Source: Capsulimonadaceae bacterium (lineage in GTDB: Bacteria > Armatimonadota > Armatimonadia > Armatimonadales > Capsulimonadaceae). From it: DNA of 64,000 nucleotides. The DNA lies in contig OZ244065.1 in NCBI GenBank assembly GCA_965215505.1, forward strand, positions 480,001 through 544,000, given 5' to 3'. Under the pieces are notes generated by a model. It did no database searches and was not told the origin of the DNA. It saw only the letters and a list, made by a program, of their open reading frames with translations. Below are positions 46,266-57,810 of this stretch, one piece after another. Position 1 is the stretch's first letter. Each line of letters starts with the position of its first letter. Made by a program: the position numbers and the translations under genes.

Positions 46266-46457
46266 ATGGCCCTGATCCGCACCTGTCGCTCCGCCGCTCG
46301 TTCCGGGCGCGCGCGCTTCCTCCCCGGCGGGCCGGCCCATGCCGCCGCCAGGCAACTGCTGTTTCCGCAGATGTCGCTCCAGGTCTCGTCCGCGCTGAAG
46401 CTCGCACCGGGCTTCTCGCACAAGCCCACCCTCCGACTCGCGCCCGCCCCGGCGTGA
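46266..46457 (+). CDS. Small basic hypothetical protein (63 aa; 83 aa if started at 46206), or an sRNA
   Basis: Lies between a sigma54 box and a strong terminator; AGAAAGG upstream of ATG 46266. Confidence 0.4.
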   Translation: MALIRTCRSAARSGRARFLPGGPAHAAARQLLFPQMSLQVSSALKLAPGFSHKPTLRLAPAPA

Positions 46458-46471
46458 CGCGCGCGAAGCGC

Positions 46472-46512
46472 CGCCCCGGCCACAGGTCTACAGCCTGTGC
46501 CGGGGCGTTTTT
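46472..46512 (+). terminator. Intrinsic terminator
   Basis: CGCCCCGGcCACAGG-loop-CCTGTGCCGGGGCG-TTTTT. Confidence 0.8.
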
Positions 46513-46551
46513 GCTGTTGACATTCCTCCCTGCCCCGTGCTACTATCCCCC

Positions 46552-48123
46552 ATGACTGACCTGATTTTACGCGGCGGGACTCTCTATGACGGGCTGGGCG
46601 GCGAGGGCCGGCGGCAGGACATCGCCGTCACGGATGACCGGATCACTGGGCTGGGCGATCTTTCCTCGGAGGCAGCGGGTCGCGTCCTGGACGTTTCCGG
46701 GCTGGCGGTCGCGCCGGGCTTTATTGACATCCACACGCACTCCGACTTCTCCCTGCTCATCAACCGGCCTATGCGGAGCAGTCTGGCGCAGGGCGTCACG
46801 ACGGAACTCGTCGGCAACTGCGGCACCTCCATCGGGCTGGTGACGGCGGGGGAGAACTTCGCGCAGGAGCGGCGCTGGGCCGAGCGCGGCGGAACGGTCC
46901 TGGACTGGTCGCGCCTGAGTGAATACCTGGCGCGCGTGGAGGATGGCGGGCTGGCGGGGAACGTCGCCACGCTGGCGGGGCACGGGACCATCCGCAAGGC
47001 CGTTATGGGCTTTGAAGACCGTGTGCCGACGGCCGCCGAGCTGGCCCGGATGCAGGCGATGCTCTCGGGGGCGCTGGCCGACGGCGCAGTCGGGCTGTCC
47101 ACGGGCCTGGAATACCTGCCCGGCGGCCACGCCCGACATGAGGAAGTCGCCGCGCTGGCAGCCGTCGCCCATGAGGCGGGGGGATTCTACGCGACCCACA
47201 TCCGCAATGAGGGCGACACATTGGTGGAGAGCATCCAGGAGGCCCTGCGCGTCGCCGAGGCGACGGGCATTCCCTTGCAGCTTTCGCACCACAAGTCCGA
47301 GGGCCGCGCCAACTGGGGCAAGCCGCAGGTGACGCTGCCGATGATGGCGCGGGCGCGGGCGTCTGGCCTGGACGTGCTGACCGACCAGTACCCCTACACC
47401 GCGTTCATGACGGGCCTGAGCGTGATCCTGCTGCCGCACTGGGCCAAGGAGGGGGCGATGGAGGACATGCTGGCCCGCCTGCGCGATCCGGGCGACCGTG
47501 CGCGCATCCTGGCCCAAATCGCCGGGGAGCCGTGGGACTGGAACACGGTGCAGATCGGAATCGCCCGCACCCGGCGCGAGGCACAGGGGAAGACGCTGGC
47601 AGAACTGGGGGCGCAGGAAGGCAAGTCGCCCGCCGAGGCCGCCCTGGACCTGCTGCTGGACGAGGAGGGTTGGGTGGCCGCCGTCCACTTCGCCATGTCC
47701 GAAGAAGACGTCGAGTTCATCCTCTCCGACCCCCACACCATGATCGGCTCGGACGGCGTCGCCAACGACCCGGCCAGCGAGATGGCCGCCGACAAGACCC
47801 ACCCGCGCACCTACGGGACGTATCCGCGCGTGCTGGCCCGCTATGTCCGCGACCGCGAGGTCCTGTCACTGGGCGAGGCGATCCGCCGCATGACCAGCCT
47901 CCCCGCCCGTCGGCTCGGGCTGGCCGACCGGGGGACGTTGCGCGTCGGCGCGATGGCCGACATCACCGTCTTCGACCCCAAAGCCGTAGACGACGCCGCC
48001 ACGTTCGACGACCCGCACCGCTTCCCCATCGGCATTCCCCACGTCATCGTCAATGGGCAATTCGCCTTGGAGAATGGTGTGCAGACAGACGTGCTTTCGG
48101 GAAGGGTGCTGCGGCGGCAATGA
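46552..48123 (+). CDS. N-acyl-D-amino-acid deacylase (D-aminoacylase) family amidohydrolase
   Basis: APGFIDIHTHSD, QGVTTELVGNCG, THIRNE, SHHK, DQYPY, MIGSDG, HPRTYGTYPR; leaderless promoter TTGACA-18-TACTAT-5-ATG. Confidence 0.92.
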   Translation: MTDLILRGGTLYDGLGGEGRRQDIAVTDDRITGLGDLSSEAAGRVLDVSGLAVAPGFIDIHTHSDFSLLINRPMRSSLAQGVTTELVGNCGTSIGLVTAGENFAQERRWAERGGTVLDWSRLSEYLARVEDGGLAGNVATLAGHGTIRKAVMGFEDRVPTAAELARMQAMLSGALADGAVGLSTGLEYLPGGHARHEEVAALAAVAHEAGGFYATHIRNEGDTLVESIQEALRVAEATGIPLQLSHHKSEGRANWGKPQVTLPMMARARASGLDVLTDQYPYTAFMTGLSVILLPHWAKEGAMEDMLARLRDPGDRARILAQIAGEPWDWNTVQIGIARTRREAQGKTLAELGAQEGKSPAEAALDLLLDEEGWVAAVHFAMSEEDVEFILSDPHTMIGSDGVANDPASEMAADKTHPRTYGTYPRVLARYVRDREVLSLGEAIRRMTSLPARRLGLADRGTLRVGAMADITVFDPKAVDDAATFDDPHRFPIGIPHVIVNGQFALENGVQTDVLSGRVLRRQ

Positions 48124-48369
48124 AGCGATTGCGGGTGTCTCAAATCCTGTTCCCTGGGGCATTATTGATCACCCTTCTCGCCATGGACGTATTCCTCGCA
48201 CGAGCGTCAGCAACACCTGAACGACGCTCTACTGAATGCTGCCATCTACGGCGATGCCTCTGCCGCTCGCGACCTTCTCCGCAGCGGTGCCGATCCCAAC
48301 GCCTGCGAACAGCTCTCGTCACTCAGGGAGAAGCTAGAGCAGATTTTTCCGGCTGCTGGTACTCAGTAA
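48120..48369 (+). pseudogene. Frameshifted, truncated membrane-anchored ankyrin-repeat protein
   Basis: MKRLRVSQILFPGALLITLLA, frame change near 48183, then WTYSSHERQQHLNDALLNAAIYGDASAARDLLRSGADPNA, then stop. Confidence 0.6.
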
Positions 48370-48460
48370 AAACACTTTTTCGGAGATTTCGACGCATCTG
48401 TTTTTCGGAGAATGGCCCGAAAGAATCCAAGCAGAGGGATCAACAAGCTAAGAGGGCCAA

Positions 48461-48931
48461 ATGTCAAATTTCGTGAAAGGCTATGTCGAGACGCCGAACC
48501 TACCGAGCGTAGTAAAGGATGTTGAGCAATTAGCAGCCAAACAGCCTCTGGGATTAATTATAGGCTCGACAGACTCCTTACATAATTTTCCGCCTTCCCT
48601 GCTTCCTAAAGCCGAAAATGTAATGGTTTTTTCTATATGCGACTCTAAACAAGATAATACAGCGAGCCATCTTCTTGATTCGCTTAATTATGTTGGTGAT
48701 TTATCAAGTGGCTTACCTCGAGAAGCGAGAAAGCGCCGGGATCTACTGCTAGGCTTAATATCAGGGATGTTCAGGCTTGAGCAAGTGGAAAAGCTTTATG
48801 TGGCGATGACTGAGGTGGAAGAGATTGAGTCAATAGTGGCACTCTCACTAGAAGAGCTGAAGGAAGTGACCATCAACAACTACGAGGGTCCCCCTAATGT
48901 TCTGTATATAGTTGAGAAACCTTCGTATTAA
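48461..48931 (+). CDS. Low-GC hypothetical protein
   Basis: 156-aa ORF, AT-rich codons, GAGG upstream; no family recognised. Confidence 0.6.
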   Translation: MSNFVKGYVETPNLPSVVKDVEQLAAKQPLGLIIGSTDSLHNFPPSLLPKAENVMVFSICDSKQDNTASHLLDSLNYVGDLSSGLPREARKRRDLLLGLISGMFRLEQVEKLYVAMTEVEEIESIVALSLEELKEVTINNYEGPPNVLYIVEKPSY

Positions 48932-49445
48932 CACCGATCTTTCCCATAATTCCTGCCCACCGCTCCTGATGGGTTTCATCGCGATATTCGGGAAGGAAGC
49001 CTAGCTTCAAATAGGTGTGAATTGCGGCAAGGCGATGGTCCTGAGTTTCCAGAAGGGCATCAGTGCAGCCCAGCGTGACGAATGTATGCAGGACGGCGAG
49101 GGAAACGAAAAAGCCGGATCGATGCCCCTGGTAATCGGGGTCCACAGCGACCCAGTGCAGGTAGCCGGAGCCGGGGAAAAGGTCAGGTCGAAGCCGCACC
49201 GAGGCGGTGGCAATGGGGCGGCCGTGGAAATCTACCACGAGCGTCTGCTTGACGCCTTGCTGATCGTTCAGCGTGGCCGCGACCCGAGCCTCGTCCCAGT
49301 CCTCATCGGCGAAGGCGCGGTCGAGAACGGAGGCCACGGTGGGACCCTCTTCCGGCCGCATTTCCCTGAGCGTATATCCAGGAGGCAATGAGGGCAGCGG
49401 CGGCAGATCATGGAGATCAGGCCGCCGCATCAGCAGATTGGTCAT
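48894..49445 (-). CDS. GNAT acetyltransferase
   Basis: LHWVAVDPDYQGHRSG, LETQDHRLAAIHTYLKLGF; coupled to the lon stop. Confidence 0.88.
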   Translation of the reverse strand: MTNLLMRRPDLHDLPPLPSLPPGYTLREMRPEEGPTVASVLDRAFADEDWDEARVAATLNDQQGVKQTLVVDFHGRPIATASVRLRPDLFPGSGYLHWVAVDPDYQGHRSGFFVSLAVLHTFVTLGCTDALLETQDHRLAAIHTYLKLGFLPEYRDETHQERWAGIMGKIGVNTKVSQLYTEH

Positions 49446-51844
49446 CAGGGCTTGTCCAGCAGGGCTAGTTTCAAGACTTCATCGGCGTGGGTGACGCATT
49501 CAAATTTCATTTCGCTTCGGATGTTGCCGGGGAGGTCTTCCAGGTCCTTCTCGTTCTCGGCGGGCACGATGACGGTGCGGATGCCCGCCCGGTGGGCGGC
49601 CAGGACTTTCTCCTTCAAGCCACCGATGGGCAGGACGCGCCCGCGCAGGGTGATCTCGCCGGTCATGGCGATGTCCTTGCGAACGGCCCTGCCGGTGAGG
49701 GCGGACGCCAACGCCGTGGCAAGGGTGATTCCCGCCGAAGGGCCGTCCTTGGGGACGGCGCCTGCGGGAACGTGGACGTGGATCTCGATGCGCTCGTTGA
49801 AGTCTTCTTCCAGGCCAAGCATCTCGGCGCGCGACCGGACATAGGACATGGCGGCCTGGGCGGATTCCTTCATCACGTCGCCGAGTTGTCCCGTCAGGAT
49901 CAGGCGGCCGTCTTTGCCCTTCATGGGCGATACCTCGATGGAGATAACATCCCCGCCGACCTCGGTGTAGACAAGCCCCGTCGCCGCGCCGACCTCGTCC
50001 ATCTCCTCCATGACGCCGTAGTGGTACTTGCGCTGGCCCAAAAACTCGCGCAGCTCGGCGTCGCCGATGGTCACGGTCTCGGTGTGGCCCTGCGCGACCC
50101 GGCGGGCGACTTTGCGACAGAGGGAGGCGACCTCACGCTCGAAATTGCGGACGCCGGCCTCGCGCGTGTGTTCGCGGATGATGCGGCGGGTCGTCTCCTC
50201 GGGGATGACAAGCTGCTCTTCCGTCAGGCCGTGTTCCTTGATCTGCTTGGGGATCAGAAACTTTTGCGCGATCTGAAGCTTTTCGTCTTCGGTGTAGCCC
50301 GAGAAGGAGATGACCTCCAACCGGTCCCGCAGGGCGGGCGGGATGGGGTCCATCAAATTCGCGGTCGTGATAAACATGACTTCGGACAGGTCGAACGGCA
50401 CTTCCAAATAGTGGTCGGAGAACTCGTTGTTCTGGGCCGGGTCGAGTGCTTCCAGGAGGGCCGAGGACGGGTCGCCCCGGAAGTCCGCACCCATCTTGTC
50501 TATCTCATCCAGGACGAAGACGGGGTTGCGCGTCCCGGCCTGTTTCAAGCCCTGCAAGATGCGGCCCGGCAGGGCACCGATGTAGGTGCGCCGGTGGCCG
50601 CGTATCTCGGCCTCGTCGCGGACGCCGCCGAGGGAGATGCGGACGAACTTGCGGCCCAGGGCGCGGGCGATGCTCTTGCCCAGGCTGGTCTTGCCGACTC
50701 CGGGCGGGCCGACGAAGCAGATGATGGGGCCTTTGAGCGTCCCCGCAAGCTGGCGGACGGCCAGGAATTCTAGAACACGCTCCTTGACTTTGGGCAGGCC
50801 ATAATGGTCTTCATCCAGGATCGCTTCCGCCGCGCCCACGTCCAACGTCTCCTCAGACTTGACGGACCAGGGCAGGGCCAGCATGGTGTCGAGGTAGGAG
50901 CGGATGACCACGCCCTCGGGGACGCCGAAGGGCATCTTTTCTAATCGGTCTATCTCCTTCAGCGCCCGCTCCAGCACCATCTCCGGCATCTTCGCCTCCG
51001 AAGCCTTGGTGCGGTACTCGTCTACCTCGCCCTGGCGCTCGTCGCGCTCGCCGAGTTCCTGCTGGATGGCCTTCATCTGCTCGCGCAGCAGGAACTCGCG
51101 CTGAGTCTCGCCCATCTCCTTCTCGACCCGGCTGCGGATGTTCTTCTGGATCTGGAGGATCTCGAATTCTTTGGTCAGCAGCAGGCTGAGTTTTTGCAGG
51201 CGCTCCCCGGCGTCCAAGGTCTCCAGAAGCTCCTGCTTTGTTTCAACGCGCAGGGAGGGCAGGTGCCAGGCGACGTGGTCGGCGAGCGTGCCCGGCTCCT
51301 CGATGCCCAGCAGGGTGACGACGACCTCGGGGGGGATGTTCTTGCCGGTGTTGGCGATCTGCTCGAACTGCGTGGTCACAGAGCGCATGAGTGCTTCCGC
51401 TTCCAGGGCCTGAACCGGGTCAAGCGTCAGCCGCTCGATGCGCGCCTGGAAGTGCGGCTCCGTTTGCAGCCACTCGGCCACGCGGACGCGCTCCTTGCCT
51501 TCGAGCATGACCCGGACGGTGCCGTCGGGGACTTTGAGTATCTGGATGATCTCGGCGACGATGCCGATCTCGTGCAGGTCCTCGATTTCGGGGTCCTCGG
51601 TCGCCACCTGCCTTTGGGCGGTCAGGATGATATGCTCGCTGCCCGCCATCGCTTCGTCGAGCGCGCGCACCGACTTCTCCCGGCCCACGAACAGCGGGAA
51701 GATGATGCCGGGGAAGTGGACGATCTCGCGGATGGGCAGGAGCGGCAGGATGTCGGGGAATGCGGCGGGCGGGGGCGTTTCCGGGGCGGAGCGGCGTCCG
51801 CCCGTCTTCTTCGCGCGTGGCGCGGTCGTCGTTGTACGGGCCAT
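49445..51844 (-). CDS. lon: ATP-dependent protease La
   Basis: [44 protein letters not shown]. Confidence 0.98.
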   Translation of the reverse strand: MARTTTTAPRAKKTGGRRSAPETPPPAAFPDILPLLPIREIVHFPGIIFPLFVGREKSVRALDEAMAGSEHIILTAQRQVATEDPEIEDLHEIGIVAEIIQILKVPDGTVRVMLEGKERVRVAEWLQTEPHFQARIERLTLDPVQALEAEALMRSVTTQFEQIANTGKNIPPEVVVTLLGIEEPGTLADHVAWHLPSLRVETKQELLETLDAGERLQKLSLLLTKEFEILQIQKNIRSRVEKEMGETQREFLLREQMKAIQQELGERDERQGEVDEYRTKASEAKMPEMVLERALKEIDRLEKMPFGVPEGVVIRSYLDTMLALPWSVKSEETLDVGAAEAILDEDHYGLPKVKERVLEFLAVRQLAGTLKGPIICFVGPPGVGKTSLGKSIARALGRKFVRISLGGVRDEAEIRGHRRTYIGALPGRILQGLKQAGTRNPVFVLDEIDKMGADFRGDPSSALLEALDPAQNNEFSDHYLEVPFDLSEVMFITTANLMDPIPPALRDRLEVISFSGYTEDEKLQIAQKFLIPKQIKEHGLTEEQLVIPEETTRRIIREHTREAGVRNFEREVASLCRKVARRVAQGHTETVTIGDAELREFLGQRKYHYGVMEEMDEVGAATGLVYTEVGGDVISIEVSPMKGKDGRLILTGQLGDVMKESAQAAMSYVRSRAEMLGLEEDFNERIEIHVHVPAGAVPKDGPSAGITLATALASALTGRAVRKDIAMTGEITLRGRVLPIGGLKEKVLAAHRAGIRTVIVPAENEKDLEDLPGNIRSEMKFECVTHADEVLKLALLDKP

Positions 51845-51866
51845 AAGCGGGTGGGGGACCTTTGGG

Positions 51867-51908
51867 AACAGAAAGGCCTAACCCCGGCGCTCGCGCCGGG
51901 GTTAGGCC
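51867..51908 (-). terminator. Intrinsic terminator-like hairpin between clpX and lon
   Basis: Near-perfect stem GGCCTAACCCCGGCGC / GCGCCGGGGTTAGGCC followed by TTTCTGTT. Confidence 0.75.
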
Positions 51909-51916
51909 CAAAATCT

Positions 51917-53182
<1,266 letters not shown>

Positions 53183-53263
53183 GTGCGTCCTTTGGGTGTC
53201 CGGCCCGCAGAGGATTAAGGGCGAACACAAGGTTCGCCCCCACGGGCCGGTGAAAGTGTCTCG

Positions 53264-53869
53264 TCAGCGGTTCGCCGGGCTGAGTGCGGCGTCGCGGCCC
53301 AGCACGGTGTCAATGATGCCATATTCCACGCCTTCCTGCGGCGTCATCCAGTAGTCGCGGTCCACATCGCGCGAAACCTGGGAGAACTCCTTGTCGCAGT
53401 TCTCGGCAAGGATCTCGGTCAGCTTCTCTTTGAAGCTCATCACGAGCCGGACCTGGATCTCGATGTCTGAGGGCGTCCCCTGGAAGCCCGCGCTGCCCTG
53501 ATGGATCATGATGCGCGAGTTGGGGAGGGCGGCCCGCTTGCCCTTAGTGCCGCCGGACAGCAGGACCGCGCCCATGGAGGCGGCCATGCCGACACAGGTG
53601 GTGGCGATGTCGGGCTTGATGTGCTTCATCGTGTCGTAGATCGCAAGCCCCGCCATGACGTCGCCGCCGGGGGAGTTGATGTAGACCTCGATGTCCTTGT
53701 CCGGGTCCTCTTTCTCAAGGAAAAGGAACTGGGCGACGATGATGTTCGCCATCGTCGGGTGTACCTGATCGCCGATAAAGACGATCCGGTCTTTCATCAG
53801 GCGCGACCAGAGATCATAGGCGCGCTCGCCGCGCGGACTCTGCTCGATGACGGTCGGTATCCAGGTCAT
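53264..53869 (-). CDS. clpP: ATP-dependent Clp protease proteolytic subunit ClpP
   Basis: YINSPGG, GMAASMG, IMIHQ, RDYWM. Confidence 0.98.
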   Translation of the reverse strand: MTWIPTVIEQSPRGERAYDLWSRLMKDRIVFIGDQVHPTMANIIVAQFLFLEKEDPDKDIEVYINSPGGDVMAGLAIYDTMKHIKPDIATTCVGMAASMGAVLLSGGTKGKRAALPNSRIMIHQGSAGFQGTPSDIEIQVRLVMSFKEKLTEILAENCDKEFSQVSRDVDRDYWMTPQEGVEYGIIDTVLGRDAALSPANR

Positions 53870-55257
53870 TCGTTTTCACCTTCTAATGCGCCAAGTTCCA
53901 GCGCGTCTGCCGCGTCGTCTGCGGCCTCCTCCGTGGCTTCCTCAGCTTCGGGTGCGGTGATGACCTTATCCTCGATTATGGCCGATCCCCGCAGAAAGTC
54001 CAGCACTTTTTTCGCCTGCGCCCGGTTCCGCAGGGCGTCCATGCCGCCGTTGCTTTCCAGCAGAGCGCGCACGGCGGCGGGCGAGGTCCGCTCCTCCGTC
54101 GCGCGCTCGGCGAGGGCGGCGTTCAGGTCTTCCTCGGTCAGCGTCAGGTTCTCAGTCTCGCTGACCTTGCCCAGCAGCAGGCCGATCTCGATCCGCTTGG
54201 CGGCGGCGTTCGTGATCTCGCCGACGAGCTGGTCCTGCGTCTTACCGATGCGCTCCAAATACTCGGGGACGGTGACGCCCTGCTGCTCCAGGCGGGCCAT
54301 CAGCTCCTTGACGTCGTCCTCCACCTCGGACTCGACCAGGACGGGCGGGTACTTAATCGTGGAATTCGCGATGATCTGGTCGATCAGCTTGCTGTCCACC
54401 TCGCTCTCGGCACTGGCGATGAGCGACTTCTCCATGTCCACGCGCATCTCGCGCCGCAGCTCGTCCACCGTCTGGTAGCGGCCGTTGGACAGCTTGATCG
54501 CCAGCTCGTCGTTCAGTTCGGGGATCTGCTTCTCGTGGATCTCATTGACCGAGATCGTGAACTCTGCCTCCGCGCCCGCGAGGTCGGCGTCGGGGTAGTC
54601 AGCGGGGTAGGTCAGGGCGAAGGTCTTTTCTTCCCCTTTGGTGAGGCCGATGAGCTGGTCGTCGAAGCCGGGGATGTTGTCCGCGCCGATCTCGATCATG
54701 GTGGGGCGGGCCTCGGCGGCCTCGGGCCGGATGTCTACGAGGGCCGAGAGGTCGGCGACCAGCAGGTCGCCCATCTGGGCGGGCCGCTCGACGACGGGGT
54801 ACTCGGCGGCCCGCTCGCGCATCCTTTGGAGCTGGGTTTCGACGTTCTCGTCGGTCATCTCGTACTTGGGGCGCTCGACGGTCAGGCCGGTGTAGGTGCC
54901 TAGCTCGACCTCGGGCTTCAGCGGGACGGTGGCCTTGAAGATGAAGGGCGTGGCGGTCATGTCGAGCTGGACCAGTTCCAGCTTGGGCAGGGCGAACGGC
55001 TCGACGGCCTCCTGCTCGATGGCCTCGGCATACGCCGGCTCGACCAAAAGCTCCGCCGTGCGCTGGCGGACGTCGGCCTCGGGGACGCGCTGCTTGACGA
55101 ACGAGAGGGGGGCTTTGCCTTTGCGGAAGCCGGGAACGCTGACGTACTTGCCGTACTCGCGGTAGGCGCGGTCCACGGCGACGACGACTTTGTCCGGCTC
55201 GACTTCAATCGTGAGGACGGCCTGGCATGGCTCAAGCGCCTCTTTGGTTACCTGCAT
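53866..55257 (-). CDS. tig: Trigger factor
   Basis: [10 protein letters not shown] ribosome-binding signature, [12 protein letters not shown] domain. Confidence 0.97.
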   Translation of the reverse strand: MQVTKEALEPCQAVLTIEVEPDKVVVAVDRAYREYGKYVSVPGFRKGKAPLSFVKQRVPEADVRQRTAELLVEPAYAEAIEQEAVEPFALPKLELVQLDMTATPFIFKATVPLKPEVELGTYTGLTVERPKYEMTDENVETQLQRMRERAAEYPVVERPAQMGDLLVADLSALVDIRPEAAEARPTMIEIGADNIPGFDDQLIGLTKGEEKTFALTYPADYPDADLAGAEAEFTISVNEIHEKQIPELNDELAIKLSNGRYQTVDELRREMRVDMEKSLIASAESEVDSKLIDQIIANSTIKYPPVLVESEVEDDVKELMARLEQQGVTVPEYLERIGKTQDQLVGEITNAAAKRIEIGLLLGKVSETENLTLTEEDLNAALAERATEERTSPAAVRALLESNGGMDALRNRAQAKKVLDFLRGSAIIEDKVITAPEAEEATEEAADDAADALELGALEGENE

Positions 55258-55368
55258 GATGGTACGGCTACTCCTGTGTGCTGCTTCTGCTGTATATTGG
55301 TTGTGAACAATAGGACATGAACATTAGGGCAAAACGGGGCGGGAGGGTGCATCGTTTCGTTGGCGCAT

Positions 55369-55398
55369 AGTGTACCATAGAGGGCGGAAGGTTGTCAA
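55369..55398 (-). promoter_or_regulatory. tig operon promoter
   Basis: TTGACA-18 bp-TACACT with TG extension. Confidence 0.6.
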
Positions 55399-55422
55399 CG
55401 AACGCGGCCCGCGTGAACGGCC

Positions 55423-55452
55423 TTGACGGGGAACGGCGGGATAGGATATGAT
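55423..55452 (+). promoter_or_regulatory. Promoter for the redoxin-monooxygenase gene (long leader)
   Basis: TTGACG-18 bp-TATGAT. Confidence 0.5.
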
Positions 55453-55743
55453 GTTGTTGGAACATCGGCCAATTCCCCGGCGTACAAGGGAACGATGCGT
55501 AAGCGAACTTATCACATCCGCGCCCGCTCCAATAATGATAGGGTCGGCTTTGGCTTTGCCCACTATTCGGCCCTCTGCCGTTTCGCTTTCGGCAGGTGGG
55601 GCAGGTCCCACGACCGGGCGCTAGCGCGCGTTGGTCGCGCGAATGGTTGTACCCTCTGGCAGACGGACCCGCGCGGCTTCCACCAAAGCCCTGCCGACCA
55701 CAAGAACATCCTTGACCGTGACTCGATCTAGGAAGCGCCTACT

Positions 55744-57585
55744 GTGAAGACACATCCCCTAAACAAAACGGCCCGCCTGGTGGCGGCACTCGCCCCGATG
55801 ACACTCCTGGCCGGAGCAACCCTGCTGCTGACCGGCGGGGCACCCAAGCCCGCCGTCAAAGCCATGACCGCCTTCGCGCCTGTCACGGACCTGGGCGGCC
55901 ATGTCTACGACGGGCGGACGATTGCCAGTCACAAGGCGACCATATTCGTGTTCCTGTCCACGCAGTGCCCCGTGTCCAAGGTCTACGCGCCGCGCCTGAA
56001 CGCGCTGGCGCGGGAGTATGGGGCGCGCGGCGTGCAGATGGTCGGCGTCTTTTCTAATATGCAGGAGGGGCAGGCGGAGGTGGCGGCGTTCGCCAAGGGG
56101 CGCGGCCTGGCGTTCCCAATCGTGCGGGATGGCGACGCGGCGATGGCGAAGCGGCTCGGCGCGACGATGACGCCGCAGGCGTTCGTCGTGGACCCGGCGG
56201 GCGCGGTGGTCTACTCCGGGCGCGTGGATGACAGCGCGGACGCCTCGACCGTGCATCACAAGGATTTGCAGGGGGCTTTGGACGCGGTCCTTGCTGGTCG
56301 GCCTGTGGCGCAGGCCCGGACGGTCGCTTTTGGGTGTGTCATCCGGCGGCCCGCCGTTCAGGTGGCCTCATCCCTAGTTACATACTCCCATGACGTGGCC
56401 CCGATTTTGCAGCGGCAGTGCGAAACCTGCCACCGGGCCGGGCAGATCGGGCCGATGGCCTTGACCTCCTATGCCCAGGCGGCGGCATGGCGCGGGGACA
56501 TCAAGCGCTACACATCAAGCCGGCAGATGCCGCCGTGGAAGGCCGACCTAGGCGCGGGCGACTTCCAGGACGCGCGGCGTTTGAGCGACCATGAGGTCGC
56601 GACCCTGGCAAAGTGGGCCGACGCGGGGGCACCCGAGGGCGACCCGAAGGACCTGCCCGCGCCGCCGCACTTTAACGACGACTGGGCGCTCGGGAAGCCG
56701 GACATGGTTCTGGAGCCTTCGCGCGCGTACCATGTGGATGCGGACGGCGGGGACGTGTACCGTTGCTACGTCATCCCGACCGACTTCACGCAGGACCGCT
56801 ATGTCTCCGCCGTGGACGTGCAGCCGGGCAACCGGGCCGTGGTGCATCACGTCATCGCCTTCATCGACGGCGACGGCAGATCCGCCAACCTGGACGGGCA
56901 CGAGAAGGAGCCGGGCTACACCTCCTTCGGCGGCGTCGGCTTCACGCCCACGGGCGCTCTGGGCGGCTGGGCACCGGGCATGACCGCCCACTATCTGCCG
57001 GCGGGCGTCGCGACCCAGGTGCCGAAGGGGGCGCGGATCGTCCTGCAAGTGCATTACCACAAGGACGGCAAGCCCGAGACGGACCTGTCGCGGGTGGGCC
57101 TTTATTTTTCCAAGGGAACTGTGGAAAAGACGCTGCACGTCATCCCGGTCATCCACGGCCTGCAAATCCCGCCGAACGACTCGCACTACACGGTCAGCAC
57201 GACCTCGGCCCCATCCCCGATTAACTACCATCTGATCGCGGTCACGCCGCACATGCACCTGCTGGGACGAAAAATGGCGCTGACGGCCATCAAGTCGGAC
57301 GGCACGAAGGTCCCGCTGGTGTCGGTCTCGGATTGGGACTTCAACTGGCAGTCCACCTACTTCTACAAAAAGCCGCTGGCCCTGCCGGCGGGGACGCGCG
57401 TCGTCATGACGGCCACCTATGACAACTCGGCGCACAACCCGCGCAACCCGAACACGCCGCCGAAGGCCGTGACGTGGGGCGAGCAGACGACCGACGAAAT
57501 GTGCATCGCGTTCCTGCATTACACACTGGACCGCGAGCATCTGGCCGTCCGGGACCACCCTACGGGGCCGGTCGCACGGCGGTAA
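55744..57585 (+). CDS. Exported redoxin (AhpC/TSA-like), c-type heme and copper type II monooxygenase-like fusion
   Basis: FLSTQCPVS, TPQAFVVD..YSGRVDD..FGC; CETCH; VHHVI, QVHYH, PHMHLLG, WDFNWQ, DEMC. Confidence 0.85.
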   Translation: MKTHPLNKTARLVAALAPMTLLAGATLLLTGGAPKPAVKAMTAFAPVTDLGGHVYDGRTIASHKATIFVFLSTQCPVSKVYAPRLNALAREYGARGVQMVGVFSNMQEGQAEVAAFAKGRGLAFPIVRDGDAAMAKRLGATMTPQAFVVDPAGAVVYSGRVDDSADASTVHHKDLQGALDAVLAGRPVAQARTVAFGCVIRRPAVQVASSLVTYSHDVAPILQRQCETCHRAGQIGPMALTSYAQAAAWRGDIKRYTSSRQMPPWKADLGAGDFQDARRLSDHEVATLAKWADAGAPEGDPKDLPAPPHFNDDWALGKPDMVLEPSRAYHVDADGGDVYRCYVIPTDFTQDRYVSAVDVQPGNRAVVHHVIAFIDGDGRSANLDGHEKEPGYTSFGGVGFTPTGALGGWAPGMTAHYLPAGVATQVPKGARIVLQVHYHKDGKPETDLSRVGLYFSKGTVEKTLHVIPVIHGLQIPPNDSHYTVSTTSAPSPINYHLIAVTPHMHLLGRKMALTAIKSDGTKVPLVSVSDWDFNWQSTYFYKKPLALPAGTRVVMTATYDNSAHNPRNPNTPPKAVTWGEQTTDEMCIAFLHYTLDREHLAVRDHPTGPVARR

Positions 57586-57612
57586 GGATGCGACAGAGAA
57601 GCAGGCAGACGA

Positions 57613-57648
57613 GAGGGCGGGGGTTCCCCGCCCTTCTTTTTCGTGCCC
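57613..57648 (+). terminator. Intrinsic terminator after the redoxin fusion gene
   Basis: AGGGCGGGG-gtt-CCCCGCCCT followed by TCTTTTT. Confidence 0.75.
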
Positions 57649-57810
57649 GGAGCAGGCCGAAAAAATCTTTTCAGATTTTCGGTCTTTTCGGGAAAAATAC
57701 GATACAATGGATAGGTAAGGGGCGACGCCGTTCCTTGATCAAGCCTACCTGACTCTTGTTGCAGGCCGAGGTATCCGTCACCCCGGCCGTTGATCCGAAG
57801 GAGGAAATGC

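Noticed and set aside
55540-55700. Known RNA (c-di-GMP-I riboswitch, SRP RNA, 6S RNA)
   Set aside because: GCAAAGCC-like and CAGGTCC fragments occur, but the full consensus order and motifs are missing; kept only as an unknown candidate
55423-55731. 102-aa ORF
   Set aside because: Starts inside the -35 box, has no family features and atypical codon use
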